From positions 62,001-116,380 of the IMG/VR virus record IMGVR_UViG_3300048913_000302: a stretch of 54,380 nt of DNA, one strand, 5' to 3'. The stretch comes from an uncultured virus (IMG/VR IMGVR_UViG_3300048913_000302). Taxonomy: Duplodnaviria > Heunggongvirae > Uroviricota > Caudoviricetes. The stretch's first letter is position 1. Every line of letters begins with the position of its first letter. The notes below the pieces were generated by a model. It saw only the letters and a list, made by a program, of their open reading frames with translations. It searched no databases and was not told where the DNA came from. This document shows positions 10,295 to 19,417 of this stretch, one piece after another. The translations under genes and the position numbers were made by a program.

Positions 10295-11761
10295 ATGGCA
10301 ACGTTCGCTGACATTTACAAGAAGAAGGCCGCCCCCTTCTATCCGATGCCTAACACGGGTACCATTCTCGACATCTCAGCCGGTAGCTGGGTTATCGGCC
10401 ACAAGGGTCAACACGTCCTCAACGGCGGATACGCGCTGTTCTGGGTAATTGCTGCACTGCCGAACATGTTCAAGTCCGCACTGGCTGCCGCATCGGCTGC
10501 TGCTGTCCTGCGGGCCTTCCCAAAATCTCAGATGCACGTTCACGATACCGAGACCACCATGGTCCACGAACGTGTTGAACGTCTGACCCGTCTGGCCATG
10601 CACATCAAGCTGGCCAACATGAAGGTGCCTGAGAACCTCATGTCGGAAGGTCGTCTGTTCTTCACCTCGTCGGTTGACTACGACGGTACCAAGGTCACCA
10701 ACCTTCTCAAGGAATTCGCCAAAGGGCGTGAGAAGGATGAGAAGAAGATCGACCTTGAGATCATCGACACCTCCACCGGTAAGCCGTACAAGTACTGGAC
10801 ACCGATGATCGAGTTCTGGGACTCGCTGTCCGGCCTCAAGGCTGAGAACGCCACTCAGATGCTCGACGAAGGTGAAGTCGGTACCAAAGAGCTGAACATG
10901 TTGGCAATGCGCGTCAACAGCGGTAAGAGTCAGATCGTTGAACAACTTCCTGACCTGACCGCCAAGTACGGCATCTACTTCTGCGGTACGGCACACGTAG
11001 GTCAAGCGTATCAGCTCGATCCGCATAAACCGACCGTCAAGGTTCTCAAGCATTTGAAGGGCGATGTCAAGCTCAAGCGAGTGCCTGAAAACCTCTCGTT
11101 CCACACCGGTAACTGTTATGTCGTGACCTCCATGGAACCCATGATGGTCGACAAGAAGCCGCAATATCCGTACGCCCGTGGCGACGGTGATGACCAGGGT
11201 ATCGACCTCATCCGTCTGACTCTGATCAACCAACGCGGCAAGTTCGGTATCTCCGGTGTACCTCTGCCGATGGTCGTTTCTCAGAAGAACGGCCTGTCTC
11301 CAGAAATGTCGAACTTCGACTTCCTGAAAGAAAACGCTGGGCGCTTTGGTCTGGTTGGTGACAACACCAACTATGCCTTGGCCCTGACCCCGCACTTGAA
11401 GGTCAATCGCAACACGATTCGTCAGACCTTCCGCGATAATTACTCTATGGTGCTTGCAGCACGCATCTTGGTCGACATGTACTGGATGTTCACTTACTGG
11501 ACCGATTTCGACTTCGATCTGGTGTGTGAACCTACCCAGTTGTATGAAGATATCAAGAAGCTGGGCTACGACTGGGACTTGTTGTTGAGTACCCGGTTCT
11601 GGGGCATGTCAGTCGAAGAGGGTAAGGATATCCCATATCTCTCCACAATGGACTTGCTGCTGATGCGTGTTGGTAAGTATCACCCGTATTGGTATCCGAA
11701 AACCCGCAAGCAAATGGAACTGCCTGAGGCCGAGCCTCAAGGGAGTGAACCGAAGAAATAA
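10295..11761 (+). CDS. uvsX: UvsX/RecA-like recombinase
   Basis: NTGTILD, divergent P-loop ALPNMFKS, HDTE and FWDSLS (RecA Walker B DS), as in phiKZ gp152-type proteins. Confidence 0.75.
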   Translation: MATFADIYKKKAAPFYPMPNTGTILDISAGSWVIGHKGQHVLNGGYALFWVIAALPNMFKSALAAASAAAVLRAFPKSQMHVHDTETTMVHERVERLTRLAMHIKLANMKVPENLMSEGRLFFTSSVDYDGTKVTNLLKEFAKGREKDEKKIDLEIIDTSTGKPYKYWTPMIEFWDSLSGLKAENATQMLDEGEVGTKELNMLAMRVNSGKSQIVEQLPDLTAKYGIYFCGTAHVGQAYQLDPHKPTVKVLKHLKGDVKLKRVPENLSFHTGNCYVVTSMEPMMVDKKPQYPYARGDGDDQGIDLIRLTLINQRGKFGISGVPLPMVVSQKNGLSPEMSNFDFLKENAGRFGLVGDNTNYALALTPHLKVNRNTIRQTFRDNYSMVLAARILVDMYWMFTYWTDFDFDLVCEPTQLYEDIKKLGYDWDLLLSTRFWGMSVEEGKDIPYLSTMDLLLMRVGKYHPYWYPKTRKQMELPEAEPQGSEPKK

Positions 11762-11773
11762 GGAACCGCAACC

Positions 11774-12061
11774 ATGGCAACTACCTCTCTGGTGCAGGAC
11801 GTCGAAGACGCTCTGCGCGACAAACGACCGGAACTGGCAGATCGCTTTGCCAGACAATTCGACCGAAAGCAGTGCACGTCCGATGAGGGCTCTATCAAAG
11901 CGCTCAATAAACACTTTCGGTTGATCTTGGCTGAGTCCAAGCTTCCGACACAGGACGAACGTGGCTGCCTGCGCGACGACATTGCGCCAGGGATGTGGTT
12001 GAAGTACTTCAAGTCTCACGTACTACCAACCCTGGTGCGGTTCAATCTCCCTCCGGAGTGA
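11774..12061 (+). CDS. Hypothetical protein
   Basis: AGGA RBS; sits within the operon. Confidence 0.7.
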   Translation: MATTSLVQDVEDALRDKRPELADRFARQFDRKQCTSDEGSIKALNKHFRLILAESKLPTQDERGCLRDDIAPGMWLKYFKSHVLPTLVRFNLPPE

Positions 12062-12066
12062 TCGCT

Positions 12067-12822
12067 ATGAATGCCAAGCGCAAGAAGGTGGAGGAGTTCA
12101 TCCTCTCCTACGTTGCCGAAGTCGTCCCTGGCGATGACAGTAACGTGAAGTTGCTTAAGGATCAGTTTGCAGGGATGTCGGATACGATGTTCGAGGAATG
12201 GGTGCGGGGCTTAGGTCCTGCAATCACGCCTGAAGAAATCACCCGACGTCACTTCATCCCGATCATCGTGCCGAACATGAGCGGCAAGCGCGTCTCGATC
12301 GCCAACAACTATCGCCTGGTGAAGAAGCTGGGCCGGCAGTTGGAACACCGCCTCATCATGACGGACGGTGCTACTGGCGAGGAATACGTGACGCCGCACT
12401 TCTATCCGGTCTATGACCTGCCGGTTCGTCGTCAGGCGCAGACCCAGATGAAGAAGAGTTCCATCCCTTCGCACAACCAGCGAGTGGATGACTTGACTGA
12501 CCAGCCGACCAGCCTTTCCAAAGGTAGTCGTATCTCGTCGGTTGAGATGTCTTCTCTGCTGGGACGGCGTTTGGACAACACCGTCACGGAGTTTGTGGGT
12601 GTGCGCGGTGGTAACGCCGAAGCCTATCGTGAGTATCGGCGACAGCTGATCGAAAACGGTAGCGTCTCACTCAAGGACCTCGAAGGTCTGGGTATGCGTA
12701 AGTCGACACTGTCCATGGCGGTGTACCTGAACTGCATGCTGATCGGCAACAACCTGGACAAGAACACGGTGGTGCCAGATGACGCAAAACCTGACAATCT
12801 CCGACGCAGCGCAGGTCGTTGA
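12067..12822 (+). CDS. Virion RNA polymerase beta subunit, C-terminal part (phiKZ gp149-like)
   Basis: LTDQPTSLSKGSRISSVE parallels the beta motif TQQPLGG..GGQRFGEME; GGAG RBS before ATG 12067. Confidence 0.75.
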   Translation: MNAKRKKVEEFILSYVAEVVPGDDSNVKLLKDQFAGMSDTMFEEWVRGLGPAITPEEITRRHFIPIIVPNMSGKRVSIANNYRLVKKLGRQLEHRLIMTDGATGEEYVTPHFYPVYDLPVRRQAQTQMKKSSIPSHNQRVDDLTDQPTSLSKGSRISSVEMSSLLGRRLDNTVTEFVGVRGGNAEAYREYRRQLIENGSVSLKDLEGLGMRKSTLSMAVYLNCMLIGNNLDKNTVVPDDAKPDNLRRSAGR

Positions 12823-13300
12823 TATCTGCGAAGGTATCGTCCTGCGTTTCGTCAACCACGACGAGAGACAGACCCAAATCCTCAAGTTGATGCTCGAGGT
12901 CAAGTACAACGTCAGGTGGCGTTTGGTACTGCACTCGGATACGGCATTGTCGGCGCTTTGGGACAGCCTGCGCATCGACCACGGGGAGGATGGGATCGAC
13001 CTCATCATTGCGATGACGGGTGAAATGATGTTCAGGCTCTGGCCTCACCTGGCACCGCCTGCGCAGAACTACCCGGACAAGTTCGTCGAGTACCTTGCGC
13101 AGACGATCGCTTGGATGAAGGGGTCGAAAGAAGTCAACCGGGAAGTTTCGCAGTTCGTGGCAGAGCCTCAGGCGTACGCCAAGATGATGCGGGCAAACCC
13201 CTGGGCAATGTTCCTGTATCTGTTGTCGATGACTGATGTCGTCAACAAGGTGCGGGCGCTGACTCCTCCGAAGCTTCCACCTCCTGCTGGAGATGACTGA
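12779..13300 (+). CDS. Hypothetical protein
   Basis: 173-aa ORF overlapping the upstream gene and TGATG-coupled to the next. Confidence 0.65.
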   Translation: MTQNLTISDAAQVVDICEGIVLRFVNHDERQTQILKLMLEVKYNVRWRLVLHSDTALSALWDSLRIDHGEDGIDLIIAMTGEMMFRLWPHLAPPAQNYPDKFVEYLAQTIAWMKGSKEVNREVSQFVAEPQAYAKMMRANPWAMFLYLLSMTDVVNKVRALTPPKLPPPAGDD

Positions 13301-14088
13301 TGAAACAACGAGGACTTGTCTTTGTCGACATGCTCCTCGATACCGTCTACGGCACAATCCGACAGCTCAGCGGCGAAGCCGCTGAGCTGCTGGTTAATTC
13401 TGATGCCTATCGGGATCGACACGTCGACAACAATTTTCACGAGCTCACCAACGGCGTCATCGATGACGCTGAGTTCCAAAAGCTGTATGCCGCTCGGGAC
13501 ATCGATACGATCTTCTACTCCAAGCTGTCCAACTTCGTCTTCGACCTGCGGCAGGACATGCTTGAGGGACGGGCGGACATGTTGCGCGGCGCTCAGGTAG
13601 AGTCGATGGCGCTCGACATCAATCTCTGGCCTTACGACCTAGACGCAGAGTCGGCTGAAGTCATCCGCCGGTCGGTCGAACACTACATGCCTCAAGAGGT
13701 AGTGGTGAGGACGGTGTACGTCGATCCCAAAGATCTCACGCCTCGGATGCTCGACCACTCGTACGAAATGATGGCGATCTACAACCACGAAGACTGGTTC
13801 GCTCACCATTACATGACGACGTTGTTGGAATATCCCATCCCGACATTCGTTTTGATCACACCGATGATTGCTTCAAGCGGTGTGGTGCCAGACGCTACGC
13901 CAGAGATCCGCAACCCGTTCCTCTGCCGCAGCGCCATGCTCATCAAAACGGTGGCGTTGCAATACATCGCAACCTCGAGGGTTTGTTACAACCCTGAGAT
14001 CATTCGGCTTGTTGAACAAAGTCGGCAACAACGAGTTGCTGCTCTCCTTGATCAAGTTCCCCCGGAACAAAGCGAACCGGAACATTAG
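13300..14088 (+). CDS. Hypothetical protein (HAD-like DxxxDT N-terminus)
   Basis: VFVDMLLDTVYGT at the N-terminus; GGAG RBS. Confidence 0.65.
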   Translation: MKQRGLVFVDMLLDTVYGTIRQLSGEAAELLVNSDAYRDRHVDNNFHELTNGVIDDAEFQKLYAARDIDTIFYSKLSNFVFDLRQDMLEGRADMLRGAQVESMALDINLWPYDLDAESAEVIRRSVEHYMPQEVVVRTVYVDPKDLTPRMLDHSYEMMAIYNHEDWFAHHYMTTLLEYPIPTFVLITPMIASSGVVPDATPEIRNPFLCRSAMLIKTVALQYIATSRVCYNPEIIRLVEQSRQQRVAALLDQVPPEQSEPEH

Positions 14089-14434
14089 GCAACTGTCCTG
14101 GTAGAGCACCTTCCACTCGCTCAGCCACAGGCAGTGGAGAGTCGTCATCACGACGGAACGGGTCTCGCCCACCCAGCATTTCACGCAGTTGTCTGTGGTT
14201 GTTGAGCGCACGAGTTGCTTCGTTACTGGCCGACTCTTCGATGTCGAGTTTACGGGTCAGCAGTGCCGTGGCGTCAACGTCCTTGAGGAGTTCTTTCACC
14301 TCTTTGAAGTTGTCGGTCAGTTTGGCCCCGCCTTCTGTAAGTTCATCGAACATCACCCGACGGGCGCGTTGAGTAAACCGCACGGCTTCCGATGGGTTGG
14401 TCAGGTCGGCAGTGGTCAGGATATCTTGGCTCAT
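14000..14434 (-). CDS. Hypothetical protein
   Basis: GGAG upstream on the minus strand, plausible protein composition, 3' overlap with the convergent gene. Confidence 0.6.
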   Translation of the reverse strand: MSQDILTTADLTNPSEAVRFTQRARRVMFDELTEGGAKLTDNFKEVKELLKDVDATALLTRKLDIEESASNEATRALNNHRQLREMLGGRDPFRRDDDSPLPVAERVEGALPGQLPNVPVRFVPGELDQGEQQLVVADFVQQAE

Positions 14435-14471
14435 TTCTCGTTTCTCCCTTATGCCCTCTTAGGAGGGGGAT

Positions 14472-14975
14472 ATGTTCAGACGATTTATACGGTGGTTGTT
14501 TGACATCCAGGACCCACCGCCGGAACCCTTACCGGACGAACCCTGGGAACGAATGTTCGAGTTGGCTAAACGGTTTGAGGAACTCGTTTACGGGGAACTC
14601 ACTATCAACCACCTCGATGTGGCTCCACCCATGTATTCGGATACGCTGACCCAGCTGTTCGAGCGGTTGGAGTTTCTGATCCTCAACGTTACCGACGAGG
14701 AAGCGATCCTGCCTGGCTGGAAGGACCGTAGACGCGAGGTTCTGCGTGTTCGGATGCCAGACTACCTGTATAGTCATAAGTTTGGCTACAGGGCCATTGA
14801 GAGCGTTGTGAGACTCTTAACGGAAAAGATCGTAATCATACATAACCTCTTTGAGAAAGAACAACTGGATGAGCAACACGTCCTGTATCCGTACCTACGT
14901 CGTGAGTTCACGCCCGTGGTGAAAGATACTTGTACGGTCCTTGAGTTCTGTCTCACTCTCGCTGTAAGTAAGTAG
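14472..14975 (+). CDS. Hypothetical protein
   Basis: Strong AGGAGG RBS, 167 aa. Confidence 0.7.
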   Translation: MFRRFIRWLFDIQDPPPEPLPDEPWERMFELAKRFEELVYGELTINHLDVAPPMYSDTLTQLFERLEFLILNVTDEEAILPGWKDRRREVLRVRMPDYLYSHKFGYRAIESVVRLLTEKIVIIHNLFEKEQLDEQHVLYPYLRREFTPVVKDTCTVLEFCLTLAVSK

Positions 14976-15039
14976 TACCAGTCCTGTTTGCCGAACCATC
15001 GCCCACGCGTAAGTTCGGACACGCCCGAAGGATGTAGAA

Positions 15040-15480
15040 ATGAAAACAAGGTCTCAACAGAAAACCACCTTCAGGGAGCTGTTGTTAGCGCCTGACAAAA
15101 AGAAGGGGGAGGCCACTAACGTCCTCGCCATTCTTTTTCGCGATATGCTGATTGCGCAAGGCATCATGCCAAGTGAGTGGGAACATCGTGTCGAGCGGTA
15201 TTTCACGAGGCTCCACACCAACGCCCAGGGCGAGGTGGACAAGAAGCGTGTCGATCAGGACAAAAGCAACCTGACGCGTGCCCTAACCAAGGACCGGCTT
15301 CCTTTGAAACGGTTTGAAGAAGGGGTCGCCGTATTGGGTGCTGAATCCGTTCAGTACACGATACAACTGAACTTCCCCAACAACTACAGTAACATCCACA
15401 AGGTGCTTGTGCGTAATCGTTACGTCCCTCCTGCAAATCTCGAGGACGATGACGACGAGGATGAAGAAGATGCTGAGTGA
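15040..15480 (+). CDS. Hypothetical protein with acidic C-terminal tail
   Basis: 146 aa ending EDDDDEDEEDAE. Confidence 0.7.
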   Translation: MKTRSQQKTTFRELLLAPDKKKGEATNVLAILFRDMLIAQGIMPSEWEHRVERYFTRLHTNAQGEVDKKRVDQDKSNLTRALTKDRLPLKRFEEGVAVLGAESVQYTIQLNFPNNYSNIHKVLVRNRYVPPANLEDDDDEDEEDAE

Positions 15481-16003
15481 TGAAAGACTTTTGGAGCTGA
15501 ACCCTGCGAATGACGGTATTACCCACATCAACTTCTATACTCGTGGGGCGACTCGGTTGGGTCGTCTCGGTACTAACCTGGCGGACGTTGCTGTACAGCA
15601 CCCTGTACATGGCCGTTTCCGTACTGCCGAGGGTCTGTGGTATTACCTGAAGACCGGACTCCAACACGAAGAATTCCGTTCCATGGACGGGTTCCAGTCG
15701 AAGGCGTACGGTAAGGAATTGAAGACTGTCTGGTACGACAAGTTCCAGGAAGACTTCAAGGTGGCGTTGGAATGGAAGTTCGAGAACCATCCTGAGCTCA
15801 AACAGCTCTTGACGGAATCGACACTTCCACTCGAGCACTATTACTACTACGCTGCGAAACGTCAATTCACGGATGCTGAACTGTCCGGACTTTCGCCAGC
15901 GCAGGTGATCCGCAAGAAGTATCAGATTGTAGAACCGAAAGATGTGCGGTGGCTGACGGAGTTCTTCATCGATCTCCGAGAGCGTTACCAGCAAGCTGCG
16001 TAA
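15470..16003 (+). CDS. NADAR/YbiA-like protein
   Basis: INFY...LGTNL...FRTAEGLWYYLK...AYGK...WKFENHPELKQLLTES follows the NADAR motif pattern. Confidence 0.5.
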   Translation: MLSDERLLELNPANDGITHINFYTRGATRLGRLGTNLADVAVQHPVHGRFRTAEGLWYYLKTGLQHEEFRSMDGFQSKAYGKELKTVWYDKFQEDFKVALEWKFENHPELKQLLTESTLPLEHYYYYAAKRQFTDAELSGLSPAQVIRKKYQIVEPKDVRWLTEFFIDLRERYQQAA

Positions 16004-16006
16004 AAG

Positions 16007-16048
16007 TAGAGCGGTGGGGAAACCCACCGCTCTATGCCGTCTTTTTTT
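16007..16048 (+). terminator. Hairpin terminator with TATGCCGT and T-tract
   Basis: TAGAGCGGTGGG-GAAA-CCCACCGCTCTA followed by TGCCGTCTTTTTTT. Confidence 0.85.
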
Positions 16049-16085
16049 GTCTATGGTGTGTAGCCAACCTCATTGGAGTGTCCGT

Positions 16086-17102
16086 ATGACCGGCCGTCTT
16101 TCGTCTACCCTCTTCCAAGGGGATGGTAGCACTCAGGTACTCGTACAAGATGCGTACGGGGTAGCCTCACAAGAATCCCACAACAGCATGTACGACAGTG
16201 TCAAAGGCATTTACGCCGATGCTGTCGATGGTCTATACACCAACAAGAATTCGCCAAAACAACTTGCGCAGATAATCATGGCTGCCAAGAAGGGTAACAT
16301 CGATCGGCAGGACATGATCGATCGTGCGCTTGGTGCGATGGGGACGTCACTCCCCAATCTGCTGGGTCAGCTGGGCGGGAGTCTCAAGAACGTCATTGGT
16401 GATGCTGCCGGTACGTTGATTGGACCTAACGCCAAGAAGAACATCGATGTGTTGTTCAACGGCATTCCGAGCATCGTCAACGTAGTGGATGTCAAGGACG
16501 CCTCCTCGTTGTTCGAGTTCATTGCTGAGATGACCGGTAACTCCGAGTTGGCCAGCATCATCAACATCGAGGCTGAGAGTGCGATCATCTCAGGCATCGC
16601 TTCAGCATTGATGAGTTACGGTATTCCGGATCTCGTCGACTATGTGATCGAGGATTCTCGTAGTGAGCAGGTTCGTCGTAATGCGTGGGCCTACATCTCC
16701 ACAGATGCGGTCTACGGGTCTGACCTCGCCGGGATCAACAAGGTCATCGACAAGATTGGTGTGGCTGCGTTCCTTGAGCGTAACCCAGACGCAATCAACA
16801 TGATCCTAACTCAGTTCTTCTTCGGGACTAATGACACCCCTCCGACCTATCCTGCCAAACGGATCGAGTTGATCAACACGTTGGTGCGCATCAATCCCAA
16901 CTGGGACAAGTACAACCGCAATGGCGTTCTGATTCCAAACCTCGAGCCTTTCCAAGTGTCGAGTACTGACGCCAAGAAACTATGGTTCCTTGAAGAACCT
17001 CAGCGGTCCTACTGTCTGACGGCCACCAACTATCCTCCGAAGACGCCGTACGACGTCATGAGTCTGATGTATCCAGGAGCTCTGTTCACACAGGCAAGTT
17101 AA
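16086..17102 (+). CDS. Putative virion structural protein
   Basis: GGAG RBS before ATG 16086; next to the tail-tip and tape-measure genes. Confidence 0.6.
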   Translation: MTGRLSSTLFQGDGSTQVLVQDAYGVASQESHNSMYDSVKGIYADAVDGLYTNKNSPKQLAQIIMAAKKGNIDRQDMIDRALGAMGTSLPNLLGQLGGSLKNVIGDAAGTLIGPNAKKNIDVLFNGIPSIVNVVDVKDASSLFEFIAEMTGNSELASIINIEAESAIISGIASALMSYGIPDLVDYVIEDSRSEQVRRNAWAYISTDAVYGSDLAGINKVIDKIGVAAFLERNPDAINMILTQFFFGTNDTPPTYPAKRIELINTLVRINPNWDKYNRNGVLIPNLEPFQVSSTDAKKLWFLEEPQRSYCLTATNYPPKTPYDVMSLMYPGALFTQAS

Positions 17103-17117
17103 ACGATTTATGATGAT

Positions 17118-17137
17118 ACATAGTGGGATTGAATCAA
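17118..17137 (+). promoter_or_regulatory. Repeated promoter-like motif ACATAG-N7-GAATCAA, copy 1
   Basis: One of four exact copies, all intergenic and upstream of an RBS. Confidence 0.7.
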
Positions 17138-17164
17138 CCATCCCCTTTGTAAAGGAGAATCACC

Positions 17165-17290
17165 ATGGACCGTTTCCTGTTCCTGGGCGCTGGCATGATT
17201 ATCGGTGCGCTCATGATGTCCGGTCGCTACAAGCGTCGTCTGCTGGAAGCTGAAGTACTGAGCAAGCGTCCGGCACCTGCCGTAAGCTGA
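17165..17290 (+). CDS. 41-aa single-pass membrane peptide
   Basis: AAGGAG RBS; MDRFLFLGAGMIIGALMMSGRYKRRLLEAEVLSKRPAPAVS; has its own motif and terminator. Confidence 0.75.
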   Translation: MDRFLFLGAGMIIGALMMSGRYKRRLLEAEVLSKRPAPAVS

Positions 17291-17328
17291 TCTATCGGGA
17301 CAGCGTTACATCGACGGCGATCGACAGC

Positions 17329-17375
17329 ATACAGCCAGGACCGCAAGGTCCTGGCTGTATCTTTCTTTTTTTTTT
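17329..17375. terminator. Bidirectional terminator
   Basis: ATACAGCCAGGACC-GCAA-GGTCCTGGCTGTAT with a long T-tract on + and TATGCTGTC on -. Confidence 0.9.
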
Positions 17376-17377
17376 GT

Positions 17378-19366
17378 TTACGGACGGCTGGTTGGAGCAC
17401 CTGTGGCTTTGATCAACTCACCGGTGAAGTTATCCATCAAGCCGGATACCACGCGGTTAGCAGATTTCCATTGGTTGAACTCAGCCCGCGTACGAGCCAT
17501 GTTCAGTCTCCAACGACGAGTGCCGTTGATGAGCGTTTCCAATGGAAGGCTGGTCAGAGTAGCCAGATAGTCGGTGTACTTGTTATCCTCGCCGTAGGTC
17601 GACTTGGACAAAGCAGCCGCTACTGTCTCACCGGCAGAAGCACCTTGACTGGCACCTGCACCCGATACAGCACCGCCAGCAGCACCGATACCTTCAACCG
17701 CCAACGAGAACACACCGTTCACGCCAGAGAAGCCAGGGTTGATTGGCATCGAGACCATGGTAGACATGTCGATGATTGTGACGTTGACGTCGATACCGAG
17801 TGTCTTCGCCTCACGACCCATCCCGATGTCACCCACGTTCCGTTCCACAGTGATCGACTCCACCATGCCCTCACGAATCAACGTGTGACCACGGTTGAAG
17901 ATCTCGAGCAATGGGGGACCATCGTAGGAAGCACGACCCGTTGCTCGCGGCAATGCCATCGCAAAGATAGCGCCCAGTGGAATGAACAGGTTCTTCAGAC
18001 GTACCCAGTCATCCGCAGCCCAAGAACGCAGAGGGATGGTGAAGGTCGTACGGTTGACGTCACAGGACGACGATTCGTACGTACGCTGGATGTCAGCAAA
18101 GGCATTACCTGCCACCGCAATGAAGCCCTCGACCTGCGCCGAAGTAAGAATGCCTTTAGCGATGTCAGACGCAATACCCACCAACGTACCGAGCGGACCA
18201 CCAACGTTACCGTCCATGATGTTGAAACGTGCCGCCCGTGCTTTGGACGACATGTTGTTGATCTCAGACTTGATCGAAGGATCGCCTGCCTGGTTGTTCC
18301 AGCTGTCGGAGTTACTGCCGGTGTAGTTCACCCGGAAGGTAACGAAGTCAGCACCCATCCGACGTTCTGCACGGAAAGCTTCCTGCATTTGGTCGAAGTA
18401 GTCCTTGTCCTCACCAACAGAGTCCGACGCATACGAACTGTCGTTCTTGAACTTACCGTTGAACTTGAGGTAAGCGTCCTCGTACTCCTTGAGCGAAGCA
18501 CCCGGATCTTGGATCGCCTTGATGCCAGCATCGACACCTTTGGCCAGCAGCGTACGCAACTCTTCGTCGCGAGTAGCCGGGTTATCGGTCAACCCATCCA
18601 TCACTTCGTTGAGTTTCTCGAAGTACTGGTTAGCCAGACGCTGAGGTTTGGTAGCCAGAGCGAAGACATCGATACCCCCGTCCTTCATCACCACATCCGG
18701 AATCATCCGGTGCATCGAGGTGATGTCACGATCGTCAGGAATAACGTTGGGGTCCATGAACTGTCGTTGGTCAGTGTTGGAGAAGTGTGGCGACAGACCG
18801 AGGTTCACGAAGACGGCGTTGACAAAACCACTCATCGCGTACCAGAACGAGTACATCGATGGCTTGAGGTAGTAGTACTTCGACCGCGGCATGCCGAGGA
18901 AGAACTTCACCACAGAACCTGCGAAGATGAAAGGCTGTAATGGTAGCGTGCCAATCACCCCTGCCACTCGTCCTACTTCGAACCACACCGAAGGCGCACG
19001 ACCCGAACGAGCCATGGAACCTGCGTAGACGTTGTAGAAGTTGCCGAAGAAGTTGGTCATGGTGTTGAATTGAGGGACACCACAACGGACGTGAATCAAT
19101 TGCGCAGAATCTTGCAGAACCTCCCCGTACCACCGTCCAGTACCTAACGAAGCACTGTAGATGGATGGATGTTTGAAGTCACAGTTTGCCGTCAGTTGGG
19201 ACAGCGGGTTGATCTCGAAACTACCGCCGAGTGAAGTGTCCGTGAACTTACGGGAAGTCGACGTGTAGAACCGACGCATGTTGTTCGTCGCATCACTGAG
19301 CGCGCTTCGAGGTGCGAGGAAGGCATTACCTGCCCACTCCGCATCCAAGATTCGTTTCTTTGCCAT
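17378..19366 (-). CDS. Putative tail-tip/baseplate hub protein (phiKZ gp182-like by synteny)
   Basis: GGAG RBS before ATG 19366 (MAKKRILD); immediately downstream of the tape-measure-like gene. Confidence 0.6.
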   Translation of the reverse strand: MAKKRILDAEWAGNAFLAPRSALSDATNNMRRFYTSTSRKFTDTSLGGSFEINPLSQLTANCDFKHPSIYSASLGTGRWYGEVLQDSAQLIHVRCGVPQFNTMTNFFGNFYNVYAGSMARSGRAPSVWFEVGRVAGVIGTLPLQPFIFAGSVVKFFLGMPRSKYYYLKPSMYSFWYAMSGFVNAVFVNLGLSPHFSNTDQRQFMDPNVIPDDRDITSMHRMIPDVVMKDGGIDVFALATKPQRLANQYFEKLNEVMDGLTDNPATRDEELRTLLAKGVDAGIKAIQDPGASLKEYEDAYLKFNGKFKNDSSYASDSVGEDKDYFDQMQEAFRAERRMGADFVTFRVNYTGSNSDSWNNQAGDPSIKSEINNMSSKARAARFNIMDGNVGGPLGTLVGIASDIAKGILTSAQVEGFIAVAGNAFADIQRTYESSSCDVNRTTFTIPLRSWAADDWVRLKNLFIPLGAIFAMALPRATGRASYDGPPLLEIFNRGHTLIREGMVESITVERNVGDIGMGREAKTLGIDVNVTIIDMSTMVSMPINPGFSGVNGVFSLAVEGIGAAGGAVSGAGASQGASAGETVAAALSKSTYGEDNKYTDYLATLTSLPLETLINGTRRWRLNMARTRAEFNQWKSANRVVSGLMDNFTGELIKATGAPTSRP

Positions 19367-19417
19367 ACGTGTCTCCACGTCACTGAAAAGAGGTGGGCGG
19401 GATATCCCGCCCACTTA

